A DNA stretch of 32,000 nucleotides from Mycolicibacterium smegmatis. Its GTDB lineage: Bacteria; Actinomycetota; Actinomycetes; Mycobacteriales; Mycobacteriaceae. The notes beneath the pieces were generated by a model. That model was given only the letters and a program-made list of their open reading frames with translations, made no database searches and was not told the DNA's origin. The DNA is taken from contig NZ_LN831039.1 in the NCBI RefSeq assembly GCF_001457595.1, positions 5,370,001 through 5,402,000 of the forward strand. Direction: 5' to 3'. Made by a program: the position numbers and the translations under genes. Shown here piece by piece: positions 17,694-25,260 of this stretch; position 1 is the stretch's first letter, and every line of letters starts with the position of its first letter.

Positions 17694-18737
17694 ATGACCG
17701 CAACGATGCGTGCCGAACGCTTCTATGCCGACACCAAAAAAGTTGTCGTGGAGGATGTTCCGGTCCCCGAGCCCGGTCATGGCGAGGTCCTGGTGAAGGT
17801 CGAGTTCTGCGGCATCTGCCATTCGGATCTGAGCCTGATCAACGGCACCTTCCCGGCGCAAGTCCCCGTGGTGACGCAGGGGCACGAGGCCTCGGGCGTC
17901 ATCGCGAAGCTCGGGCCGGGGGTCACCGGATGGTCCGAGGGCGACCGCGTGATCGTGGCGGCAGGCAGGCCGTGCATGAGCTGCCCCAACTGCCTGCGCG
18001 GCGACATCGGCAACTGCCTGCGCATCCAGTTGATGGCGTTCGCCTACGACGGCGCGTGGGCCGAGTACACCGTCGCGCAGGCCGTGGGCCTCACCCGGGT
18101 GCCCGACAACGTGCCGCTGGAGCAGGCCGCGATCCTCGCCGACGCGGTGTCGACGCCGTACGGCGCGGTGGTGCGCACCGGCAAGGTCGGCATCGGTGAG
18201 TCCGTGGGCGTGTGGGGCGTCGGCGGCGTCGGTACGCACATCGTGCAGTTGTCGCGTCTGGTGGGGGCCGCGCCCGTGATCGCCGTCGACATCAAACCCG
18301 AGGTGCTCGAGCGGGCGCTCGCCGTGGGCGCCGACTACGCGTTCGACGCGCGCGACGAGGATCTCGCCGACAAGATCGCGGGCGTGACGGGTGGGCGCGG
18401 TCTGGACGTCGCGTTCGACGCGGTGGGTCTGGCGTCGACGTTCGAGCAGGCACTGGACCGTCTCACGGTCGGCGGGCGCCTGGTCGCGGTCGGGATGAGC
18501 GCCGAGTCCCCCACCGTGGGTCCGACGTCGATGTTCGGGCTCACCCAGAAACAGGTGCTCGGTCACCTCGGTTACCAGAACGTCGACATCGCGACCCTGG
18601 CCACGCTGGTCTCGCTCGGTCGTCTGGATCTGTCGCGGTCGATCAGCGAGATCGTGTCGCTGGAGGACATCGCGGCAGGTATCGACAAGCTCGAACGCCA
18701 GGAGGGCAGCCCCATCCGGATCCTGGTGCGCCCCTAG
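17694..18737 (+). CDS. Zinc-dependent alcohol dehydrogenase (MDR family)
   Basis: Motifs are CGICHSD, GHEASG, the structural-zinc Cys cluster CMSCPNCLRGDIGNC and the Rossmann motif GVWGVGGVG. GAAGGGA SD lies upstream. Confidence 0.92.
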   Translation: MTATMRAERFYADTKKVVVEDVPVPEPGHGEVLVKVEFCGICHSDLSLINGTFPAQVPVVTQGHEASGVIAKLGPGVTGWSEGDRVIVAAGRPCMSCPNCLRGDIGNCLRIQLMAFAYDGAWAEYTVAQAVGLTRVPDNVPLEQAAILADAVSTPYGAVVRTGKVGIGESVGVWGVGGVGTHIVQLSRLVGAAPVIAVDIKPEVLERALAVGADYAFDARDEDLADKIAGVTGGRGLDVAFDAVGLASTFEQALDRLTVGGRLVAVGMSAESPTVGPTSMFGLTQKQVLGHLGYQNVDIATLATLVSLGRLDLSRSISEIVSLEDIAAGIDKLERQEGSPIRILVRP

Positions 18738-19783
18738 CGCAGATGCGGTGCGGCCTTCGCGCTGAACAGCGGCAGGTCGAGGTAGGTGGCGATGCCCGGT
18801 TCGGCCGCACACACCGCGGGGATCGAGTTGACACAGTGCGCCGCGGTGGCCACGACACCGGGTTCGGGTCCGGTTTCACCCACTTCGCCCTGAAAGCCCT
18901 TGATCACCACGTCGAAGTCGGGATTGCCGCACACCTGCATCTCGTAGCGCTGCCCCTGCGGACCGAAAGTCCATGGCGGATCGAGGTTTTCCTCACCCAT
19001 CAGCCAGTTCACGGTCACCCGCACCACCACCTGTTCACCGCGCAGGGCCTCCCAGTGGAACCTGCGGCCCGCGACCTGACCGGGCTGGATCGCCCCGAGC
19101 GGCGAGTCGATCGGCGCGGTGGCGACCGCGATCTCCTGGCGTGAACGGATTTTCGGGTCGGCGGCGAACCCGAACTGGTCGACGCACATCTTGACGGCCT
19201 GCATGAACCCGCCGTCGAGGAGTTTCTGCATGGGCCCGCTCAACGCCTTGTCGGGGACCTCACCGAAACCCATGACGTGGCGCAGGACGTCGGGCGCGTC
19301 GTAGGTGCGCAGATCGGAGAACTCCTCGGCGCGAACGAATGTCACGCCTGTCGAGAAGACCGAGAACAGCAGCGGGAACTTCTCGCTGATCCCGCCGGGT
19401 GCGATGCCGGTGCCGTGCAACGTCGCGTTGCCCGCCAGTGCGGCCTCACGCAGTGGCGCGCCCTGTCTTTCACTCGGATACACCCAGCCGACCGGGGTGA
19501 CGACGTTCTTGCCCGACCGCAGCAGCGCGGCGACCTCCTCGGGGTTCGGCAGCAGCGGCGCGTAGATCACCGCGTCGGCGTCGAGCCCGAGGATGTCGTC
19601 GATGTCGCGGGTCGTCTCCACGCCCAGCGGTTCGGTCCCGATGATCTCACCGACGTCGCGGCCCGCCTTGCCTTCCGAATGCACCCAGCAGCCGACGAGT
19701 TCGAGGGCGGGATGCTCCAGCACACCCTTGATGGCCGCCATCCCGACACCGCCGGTCGCCCACTGCACCACCCGTAACGCCAT
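18734..19783 (-). CDS. NAD(P)-binding oxidoreductase, DapB-N-terminal-like (Rv1059-like)
   Basis: The N-terminal Rossmann region is LRVVQWATGGVGMAAIKGVL. GGAGAGG SD lies 6 nt before ATG 19783. The product is 349 aa. Confidence 0.8.
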   Translation of the reverse strand: MALRVVQWATGGVGMAAIKGVLEHPALELVGCWVHSEGKAGRDVGEIIGTEPLGVETTRDIDDILGLDADAVIYAPLLPNPEEVAALLRSGKNVVTPVGWVYPSERQGAPLREAALAGNATLHGTGIAPGGISEKFPLLFSVFSTGVTFVRAEEFSDLRTYDAPDVLRHVMGFGEVPDKALSGPMQKLLDGGFMQAVKMCVDQFGFAADPKIRSRQEIAVATAPIDSPLGAIQPGQVAGRRFHWEALRGEQVVVRVTVNWLMGEENLDPPWTFGPQGQRYEMQVCGNPDFDVVIKGFQGEVGETGPEPGVVATAAHCVNSIPAVCAAEPGIATYLDLPLFSAKAAPHLR

Positions 19784-19849
19784 CGCCCGCCTCTCCGCAG
19801 AACTGGAACACGTTCTACCACCTGGGGCGCACCTGTGACCAGAGCCGGT

Positions 19850-22111
19850 CTACAGACCTGCGGCGGCCTCGGCGAGCAGAGCGCGGAACCGACCGGGGCC
19901 GGTGATACCGGCCAGCCGCCGCTGCGCTTCGTCGGCGTAGCGGCGCGCCTCGGAGGTGCGTCCCTGCAGGCGCCGTGCGTACACAAGTTCGACGAGGATG
20001 GGGACGACGGATCCGACGGCATCGCGCTCGGGCGGGATGCCTGCGACCACCTCGTAACCCGCGAGGGCGTCGGCCGCGGCCTGATCGACGTCTCCCAGCA
20101 GCCGATGGGTCCGCGCGGTGGACGACCACGTGTTGGCGGCCTGCGGCACGCGGTCGATGCGCTGCTCGCGGCGGATGTCGGCGGCCCGCCGCACCGAGTC
20201 GGCGGCACCGCACTGCCCGTGGGCGGCCTGCACGAGGCCGCGCAACGCCCACAGCCCGGCCAGCGCGATGGGTTGGTGCTCTGTGGATTCCAGCGCCAGG
20301 AGGTCCTCGACGACGTGCAGCACCTCAGGCGTCGGGCCGTCGACCCAGGTGGCCAGCAGCGCGTACACCGCGCCCTGCATCGGGTACCAGATGCCGGTGG
20401 GCGGGGTCATCACGAACGACGAACGCGCACACTCGCGCCCGGCCTCGACCTCGCCGAAGTTGAAGCAACCGCGCAGGAAGTCCATGATCGCCTGTGAGTG
20501 GGAATCGTTGGCCGACAAGGGTTTCACGGCTTCGATGCGCCGGTGGAGTTCGCCGGCCTCGCCTCGGGCGCCCGCGATGGCGGCCCATGCCAGCCCCAGT
20601 TCGGGTGAGCCCGTCACCAGTTCCATGGGCAGCATGTCCAACCACCGTTCGACCGCGGCGCCGCGTGGGCTGATGTTCATGAACCGCGGGTATTCGGCGG
20701 CGATGACCCGCACCGCGTCGTCGTAGTCGGCGGCACGCACGTAGTACTCGATGGCCTCGGGAATCCGGTCGTGGGCCATGAGCCAGTCGGCCGCACGGCG
20801 TTGACGCAGCGGCAGATTCGCGTTGCCGGCCGCGGCGGCCCTCGCGCGCAGCACGGCCGCGAACGTGTGGTGCAGACGCTGCCAGAACCCGATGGCGTCC
20901 AGGCGGAGCACGAACATGTTGCCGCGCAGCTCGCCCAGGATCTCCTCGGAGTCCGTGGCGTCACGCACCGCGTCGCACAGATCGGCCGTGAACCGGTCGA
21001 GGAACGAGATCCCTTCGAGGAACGCGAGCTGCCTCGGGGTGATCGCGTGCAGGATCTCGTCGGCGAAGTAGTCCTGCACGCGCCGGTCCGGTACCGAGAG
21101 CGACTGCAGCACCTCCTCGGTCGTGGCACCCGTCCGCAACGCCAGACCCGACAGGTAGATCGCCGCGGCCCAACCGTCGGTGCCCGCGGCGATCTCGTCG
21201 GCCTGCTCGGGGGTCAGCGCCACCCCCAGACGCTCCAACAGGAGTTCGCGGGTCTCCGCGCCGTCGAAGCTGATGTCCTCGGTCTCCAGGTGCGCGAGCC
21301 GTCCGGTCATCACCAGCTGGGCCGTGGGCAGCGCGGGGCGGGTGCGCGAGCACATGACGACGCGGCACGTCGCGGGATCGATCCGCTCCAGCATCCAGGA
21401 GAGCTGCCGGATGACCGTGACGTCGGTGATCTCGTGCAGGTCGTCGAGAACCACCGACACCGCGGTGTCTTCGGCGTCGAGCGTGTCGGCCAGGCGCACC
21501 AGCACGCGATCGACGTCGGCCCCGCCGACGATCTCGCGGAGAAGGCCGCCGCCGAACTCCGGCAGCGCCGTGCGCAGCGCGATGAGAAACGCCGTCCAGA
21601 AGCCGCCCGGCTCGTTGTCGGAGCGTTCCAGCGACAACCAGGCCGGCGCGCCGTCGGTCCGGTCGAGCAGTTGCGCCGCCAGCGTGGATTTGCCGTTGCC
21701 GCCGGGCGAGGTGATGAGCACGTGGGTCACGTGTGGACCGTCGATCATCTCCAGGCACCGGGTGCGCCGGATGTGTTCGGCGCGCCCGCTGGGCCGCTGG
21801 AACTTGGTCACCGGGAACAACGTCGACGTGTCCATCGCCTCGGTGGACGCCGCGCCGAGGCTGCGACGGGCGCCCACGACGTCGTCGAGGGTGTCACCCG
21901 CCTCCCACGCATCGAGCAGTGCGCTGATCGCGGCGAGCGAGAAACCCTCCTTCTGCAGACGTTGCACGGTGATGAACCGCTCGACGTGCGTCTCGTCGTA
22001 GTACCCGGTCCTACCCACCAGAATCGGCGGTGTCAGCAACCCTTTCTCCTGGTACGCCCGAACGTTTCGCGCCGACGTGCTCATATGTCGAGCAAACTCG
22101 TCGATCGTCAT
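19850..22111 (-). CDS. MerR-type HTH fused to MalT/LAL-type STAND NTPase with C-terminal helical-repeat region
   Basis: ATG 22111 gives MTIDEFARHMSTSARNVRAYQEKGLLTPP (MerR HTH). Other elements are Walker A SPGGNGKST, Walker B VSVVLDDLHEI and the MalT-like signature TDGWAAAIYLSGLAL. The last ~350 aa are Ala/Leu-rich and helical. No C-terminal LuxR HTH is present. The track start 22204 adds an Arg/Gly-rich extension that I reject. Confidence 0.85.
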   Translation of the reverse strand: MTIDEFARHMSTSARNVRAYQEKGLLTPPILVGRTGYYDETHVERFITVQRLQKEGFSLAAISALLDAWEAGDTLDDVVGARRSLGAASTEAMDTSTLFPVTKFQRPSGRAEHIRRTRCLEMIDGPHVTHVLITSPGGNGKSTLAAQLLDRTDGAPAWLSLERSDNEPGGFWTAFLIALRTALPEFGGGLLREIVGGADVDRVLVRLADTLDAEDTAVSVVLDDLHEITDVTVIRQLSWMLERIDPATCRVVMCSRTRPALPTAQLVMTGRLAHLETEDISFDGAETRELLLERLGVALTPEQADEIAAGTDGWAAAIYLSGLALRTGATTEEVLQSLSVPDRRVQDYFADEILHAITPRQLAFLEGISFLDRFTADLCDAVRDATDSEEILGELRGNMFVLRLDAIGFWQRLHHTFAAVLRARAAAAGNANLPLRQRRAADWLMAHDRIPEAIEYYVRAADYDDAVRVIAAEYPRFMNISPRGAAVERWLDMLPMELVTGSPELGLAWAAIAGARGEAGELHRRIEAVKPLSANDSHSQAIMDFLRGCFNFGEVEAGRECARSSFVMTPPTGIWYPMQGAVYALLATWVDGPTPEVLHVVEDLLALESTEHQPIALAGLWALRGLVQAAHGQCGAADSVRRAADIRREQRIDRVPQAANTWSSTARTHRLLGDVDQAAADALAGYEVVAGIPPERDAVGSVVPILVELVYARRLQGRTSEARRYADEAQRRLAGITGPGRFRALLAEAAAGL

Positions 22112-22153
22112 GCGGCCAGACAAACAGCGTCCCCCATCTCCCTGCGCGCACCC

Positions 22154-22165
22154 CGTGTGCACACG
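22154..22165. promoter_or_regulatory. Perfect 12-bp palindrome CGTGTGCACACG upstream of the MerR-STAND gene
   Basis: Self-complementary sequence 43-54 nt upstream of ATG 22111, inside a long divergent intergenic region. It is a candidate operator. Confidence 0.35.
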
Positions 22166-22263
22166 CCGATCCCGTCGCCCCCATGCGCCACCATCTGATG
22201 GCACATTCTTTTCTTCGGTTCACATCTCCCTCCACTATGACGTGTCCCGCCTAGTCTCGCCGT

Positions 22264-22692
22264 GTGGGGATCGCACGCCGGGCACCGTTCACGCCGCCTT
22301 CGTTTACAGGGACCTCCCATGGTCTTCACAGCGAACATATAACGCGCGGGCAAATATCCCTACGCCATCGAGGTCAAACAGGCCGGGCAACCACAAGCCG
22401 GCACCACCGCCCCTCGACCAGGCCGGTCGTGGCGATCGCATCCGACGGCACCGTCGTGTTTGCCAACCACGCGTTCGCCGCTCTCGTCGGCCAAACCCCG
22501 CCCCAGCTCGCCCGGATGAGGAGTTCCGACGTGTTCCTGTCGATCGCCGACGACGACGCCGCGTGCCGAACCCTCCCGGCGCTCGCCGGATCCGACGTGG
22601 AGATGCTGCACGGCGATCTGTACGTGGTCATGGCGCGACTGCGCCGAACCACCGGACCCGACGCACAGATGCTGTACGCGGCGTTCGACTGA
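22264..22692 (+). CDS. Small PAS-like protein, possibly a gene fragment; start uncertain
   Basis: The C-terminal ~87 aa (VAIASDGTVVFANHAFAALVGQTPPQL..) resemble the first two thirds of a PAS fold and have high third-position GC. The first 55 codons have only about 62 percent GC3 and include rare codons (ata x2, cta). However, GTG 22264 sits exactly 6 nt after a TAGTCT -10-like hexamer (22252-22257). The alternative start is GTG 22429. Confidence 0.4.
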   Translation: MGIARRAPFTPPSFTGTSHGLHSEHITRGQISLRHRGQTGRATTSRHHRPSTRPVVAIASDGTVVFANHAFAALVGQTPPQLARMRSSDVFLSIADDDAACRTLPALAGSDVEMLHGDLYVVMARLRRTTGPDAQMLYAAFD

Positions 22693-22782
22693 GCGCTGCC
22701 GACTGGCTTACCGAACCATCGCGGAGAGGGTGAGGCACCTGCGCGGCGCGGCCGTCGTCACGGCCTACCAGCGCGCCGAACG

Positions 22783-24411
22783 CTAGAGGTGGATCACCTC
22801 GTAGGCGCCCTCGGCGTGGCGGGCCCGAATGGTCTTCTTGTCGTACTTGCCGACGCTGGTGCGCGGCACCTGGTCGACGAAGGCCCAGCGTTCGGGCAGC
22901 CACCACCGAACCACCTTGTCGGCGAGGAACTCACGTAGCTCCCCGGGATCGGCCGAGGCGCCCTCGTGCAGCACCACCACCGCCAGCGGACGCTCCTGCC
23001 AACGCTCGTCGGGCACGCCGACGACGGCGGCCTCCAGCACCGCGGGGTGTCCGATGAGGTGGTTCTCGAGTTCGACCGACGAGATCCATTCGCCGCCGGA
23101 CTTGATGACGTCTTTGGCCCGGTCGGTCAGCGTCACGTAGCCGAGTTCGTCGATGACGCCGACGTCACCCGTGCGCAGCCAGCCCGAGTCGAACTTCTCG
23201 GCGTCACGGCCCAGGTAGTAGCCGCCCGTGATCCACGGGCCGCGCACCTCGAGTTCACCGACGGCCTTGCCGTCGCTCGGCAGCGGGTTGCCGGCGTCGT
23301 CGACGATGCGCACCTCGACGCCGCACATGGGCCTGCCCTGCGTGATACGCATCGCCCAGTGCCGCTCGTCGGTGACACCGGGCAGCGGTTTGGCCACCGT
23401 CGCCAGCGGTGACGTCTCGGTCATGCCCCAAGCCTGCTGGATGTAGACGTCGTGGCGCTCCTGGAAGGCCTGCATCAGCGACAACGGCACCGCCGACCCG
23501 CCGCACGCCACCAGGCGCAGCGACGAGATGTCGTGTCCCGGCGACTTTTCCAGGCAGTTCAGTACGTCGTTCCAGATCGTGGGCACGGCTCCGGCCAGCG
23601 TCGGGCGCTGCGTCTCGATCAGTTCGATCAGCGACGCGCCGTCGAGGAACCGGTCGGGCATCACCAGGCCGGCGCCTGCCATCAGCGCGGCGTACGGCAG
23701 GCCCCACGCGTTGGCGTGGAACATCGGCACGATCGGCAGCACCACGTCACCGCAGCTGACGTCCAGTGCGTTGGCGGTGCACGTGTTCAACGAGTGCAGG
23801 TAACTCGACCGGTGGCTGTAGACAACGCCTTTCGGGTTTCCTGTGGTGCCGCTGGTGTAACACATTGCGGCGGCGGAGTTCTCGTCGATGTCGGGCCAGT
23901 CGAACCGGGTGGGCCGCCCGGCCATGGCCTCGTCGTAGCGCAGCACCGTGCGGTCCGCCCCGCGCAGCGGCTCCAGATCGCCGTCCCCGACGACGATCAC
24001 GGTGTGCACGCTGTCGACCAGCGGCAGCACGGGCGCCAGCAGCGGGATCAGTGACGAGTCGGTGATGATCACGCGGTCCTCGGCCTCACGGGCGATGAAC
24101 CCGATCTGCTCGGGCGACAGCCGGATGTTGAGCGTGTGCAGCACGGCCCCCATGGCGGGGATCGCGAGGTAGGCGGTGAGATGCTCGGTGTTGTTCCACA
24201 TGAAGGTGCCGACACGCTCGTCGCCGGTGATGCCGACCTCGCGCAGCAGGTGCGCCAACTGGGCCGCCCGTTCCCCCACCTCGCGGTAGGTCGTGGTGCG
24301 GAAGCCGCCCTGGCCGGTGGCCATGGTGACGGTCTGATCTCCGTTGACGCCGCACGCATGGCGCAGAATCGCGGTGATCGTCAACGGCCATTGCTGCATG
24401 GTGCTGTCCAC
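22783..24411 (-). CDS. Medium/long-chain fatty-acid--CoA ligase (FadD14-like, Thermus LC-FACS type)
   Basis: AMP-binding motif YTSGTTGNPKGV. The N-terminus DSTMQQWPLTI resembles the ..STMMDEELN.. start of characterised homologues. The C-terminal region has GEWISS. The product is 542 aa. Confidence 0.9.
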   Translation of the reverse strand: MDSTMQQWPLTITAILRHACGVNGDQTVTMATGQGGFRTTTYREVGERAAQLAHLLREVGITGDERVGTFMWNNTEHLTAYLAIPAMGAVLHTLNIRLSPEQIGFIAREAEDRVIITDSSLIPLLAPVLPLVDSVHTVIVVGDGDLEPLRGADRTVLRYDEAMAGRPTRFDWPDIDENSAAAMCYTSGTTGNPKGVVYSHRSSYLHSLNTCTANALDVSCGDVVLPIVPMFHANAWGLPYAALMAGAGLVMPDRFLDGASLIELIETQRPTLAGAVPTIWNDVLNCLEKSPGHDISSLRLVACGGSAVPLSLMQAFQERHDVYIQQAWGMTETSPLATVAKPLPGVTDERHWAMRITQGRPMCGVEVRIVDDAGNPLPSDGKAVGELEVRGPWITGGYYLGRDAEKFDSGWLRTGDVGVIDELGYVTLTDRAKDVIKSGGEWISSVELENHLIGHPAVLEAAVVGVPDERWQERPLAVVVLHEGASADPGELREFLADKVVRWWLPERWAFVDQVPRTSVGKYDKKTIRARHAEGAYEVIHL

Positions 24412-24541
24412 GGGCGCGATGCTAGCGGCAACTCCTGATCGCGAGGCGGGAACGAATTGAGTTTCCGAAACGATGTATCCAGGGGAAGATGGTTCTGTAG
24501 ACCCCGTCTAAGTCGGTGAGATGCGAGAAGAGGTGCGGTTG

Positions 24542-24853
24542 ATGCGCGTGAAATGGTCCTTGATGGCGGTCGCTGCGGCTGCGATCGGGGTGGTGAGCGC
24601 ACCCGCGGGTCTCGCGTCGGCCGAGGAGACCGCCCAGGAGACCATCAACCGACTGCAGTCCCAGGGCTACACCGTGCAGATCGACCGCATCGGCACCGCA
24701 CCGATGGACAAATGCGTGGTCACCAACGTCCGTAACCCGCAGCAGGTCCGTCAATGGCTGCCATACGTGGGTCCCGGCCTCAACACCGACAGCGTCCTGA
24801 TCAACACCGTCACCAGTCAGACGGTGTCGGTGTCGCTGAACTGCCAGCGCTGA
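24542..24853 (+). CDS. Small Sec-exported protein A1 (unrecognised family, conserved Cys pair), paralogue of 29023-29337
   Basis: GAAGAGG SD lies 9 nt before ATG 24542. The signal peptide is MRVKWSLMAVAAAAIGVVSAPAGLASA|EE. The mature ~76-aa product shares ETI.RL...GY.V.IDR.G.AP...C.VT.VRNPQ...VSLNC.R with A2. Confidence 0.75.
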   Translation: MRVKWSLMAVAAAAIGVVSAPAGLASAEETAQETINRLQSQGYTVQIDRIGTAPMDKCVVTNVRNPQQVRQWLPYVGPGLNTDSVLINTVTSQTVSVSLNCQR

Positions 24854-24873
24854 GCACCGGGTAGCCGCTCAGC
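24849..24873. terminator. Stem-loop filling the 20-bp gap between convergent A1 and B1
   Basis: GCTGAGC (24849-24855, includes the A1 TGA) pairs with GCTCAGC (24867-24873, abuts the B1 stop). The stem is 7 bp and the loop 11 nt. Confidence 0.45.
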
Positions 24874-25134
24874 TCACCACCAACGCCACCAGGGGCGCAC
24901 GTAGCCCCAACCAGGGCCCCAACCAGGGTGGCCCCAGCCACCGTGGCGGAAGCCGTATCCGTGGAAGCCGCCGCCGTGAAAACCTCCGTGATAGCCGGCC
25001 TGTGCGACATGGGCCGCCACCGGCTCCGGGCCCGTCGCCTCGGTTTGCGCTGAGGCCGCGGGGGCGAGCCCGATGCTGACGACCGCGCCTGCGGCCGCGA
25101 TTGCCGGGACGACGCGCCTGAAGGCTGTTCGCAT
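24874..25134 (-). CDS. Secreted Gly/His/Trp-rich peptide B1
   Basis: AAGGAG lies 6 nt before ATG 25134. The signal peptide is MRTAFRRVVPAIAAAGAVVSIGLAPAASA|Q. The mature product is ..AGYHGGFHGGGFHGYGFRHGGWGHPGWGPGWGYVRPWWRWW. The track start 25218 adds a non-signal N-terminus that I reject. Confidence 0.6.
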   Translation of the reverse strand: MRTAFRRVVPAIAAAGAVVSIGLAPAASAQTEATGPEPVAAHVAQAGYHGGFHGGGFHGYGFRHGGWGHPGWGPGWGYVRPWWRWW

Positions 25135-25260
25135 GGCCATCTCCTTCGAAGATGTTGCTGTTCTTGCCCTTTCAGGATTGCGCGATCTCGCCTTCCCGGC
25201 GTTGGGGCTGGCCTCCAATCCGCACCCCCGGTAGCTTCAATCAGCGTCCCGGTCCAGATC

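Noticed and set aside
16746-18812. 688-aa minus-strand ORF, the longest unexplained ORF in the track
   Set aside because: It is a chimera. Only the last 290 aa (from GTG 17618) have patatin motifs and normal composition. The N-terminal ~400 aa are Arg/Gly/His-rich, run antisense to the well-supported Zn-ADH gene (17694-18737), and arise only because high GC suppresses stops.
20771-22198. 475-aa plus-strand ORF opposite the MerR-STAND gene
   Set aside because: Shadow ORF. The minus-strand frame carries the HTH, Walker A/B and MalT-like signatures.
22077-22733. 218-aa plus-strand ORF spanning the MerR-STAND promoter region
   Set aside because: It is Arg/Pro-rich, overlaps the MerR-STAND start, and is out of frame with the only segment (22429-22692) that shows genuine coding bias.
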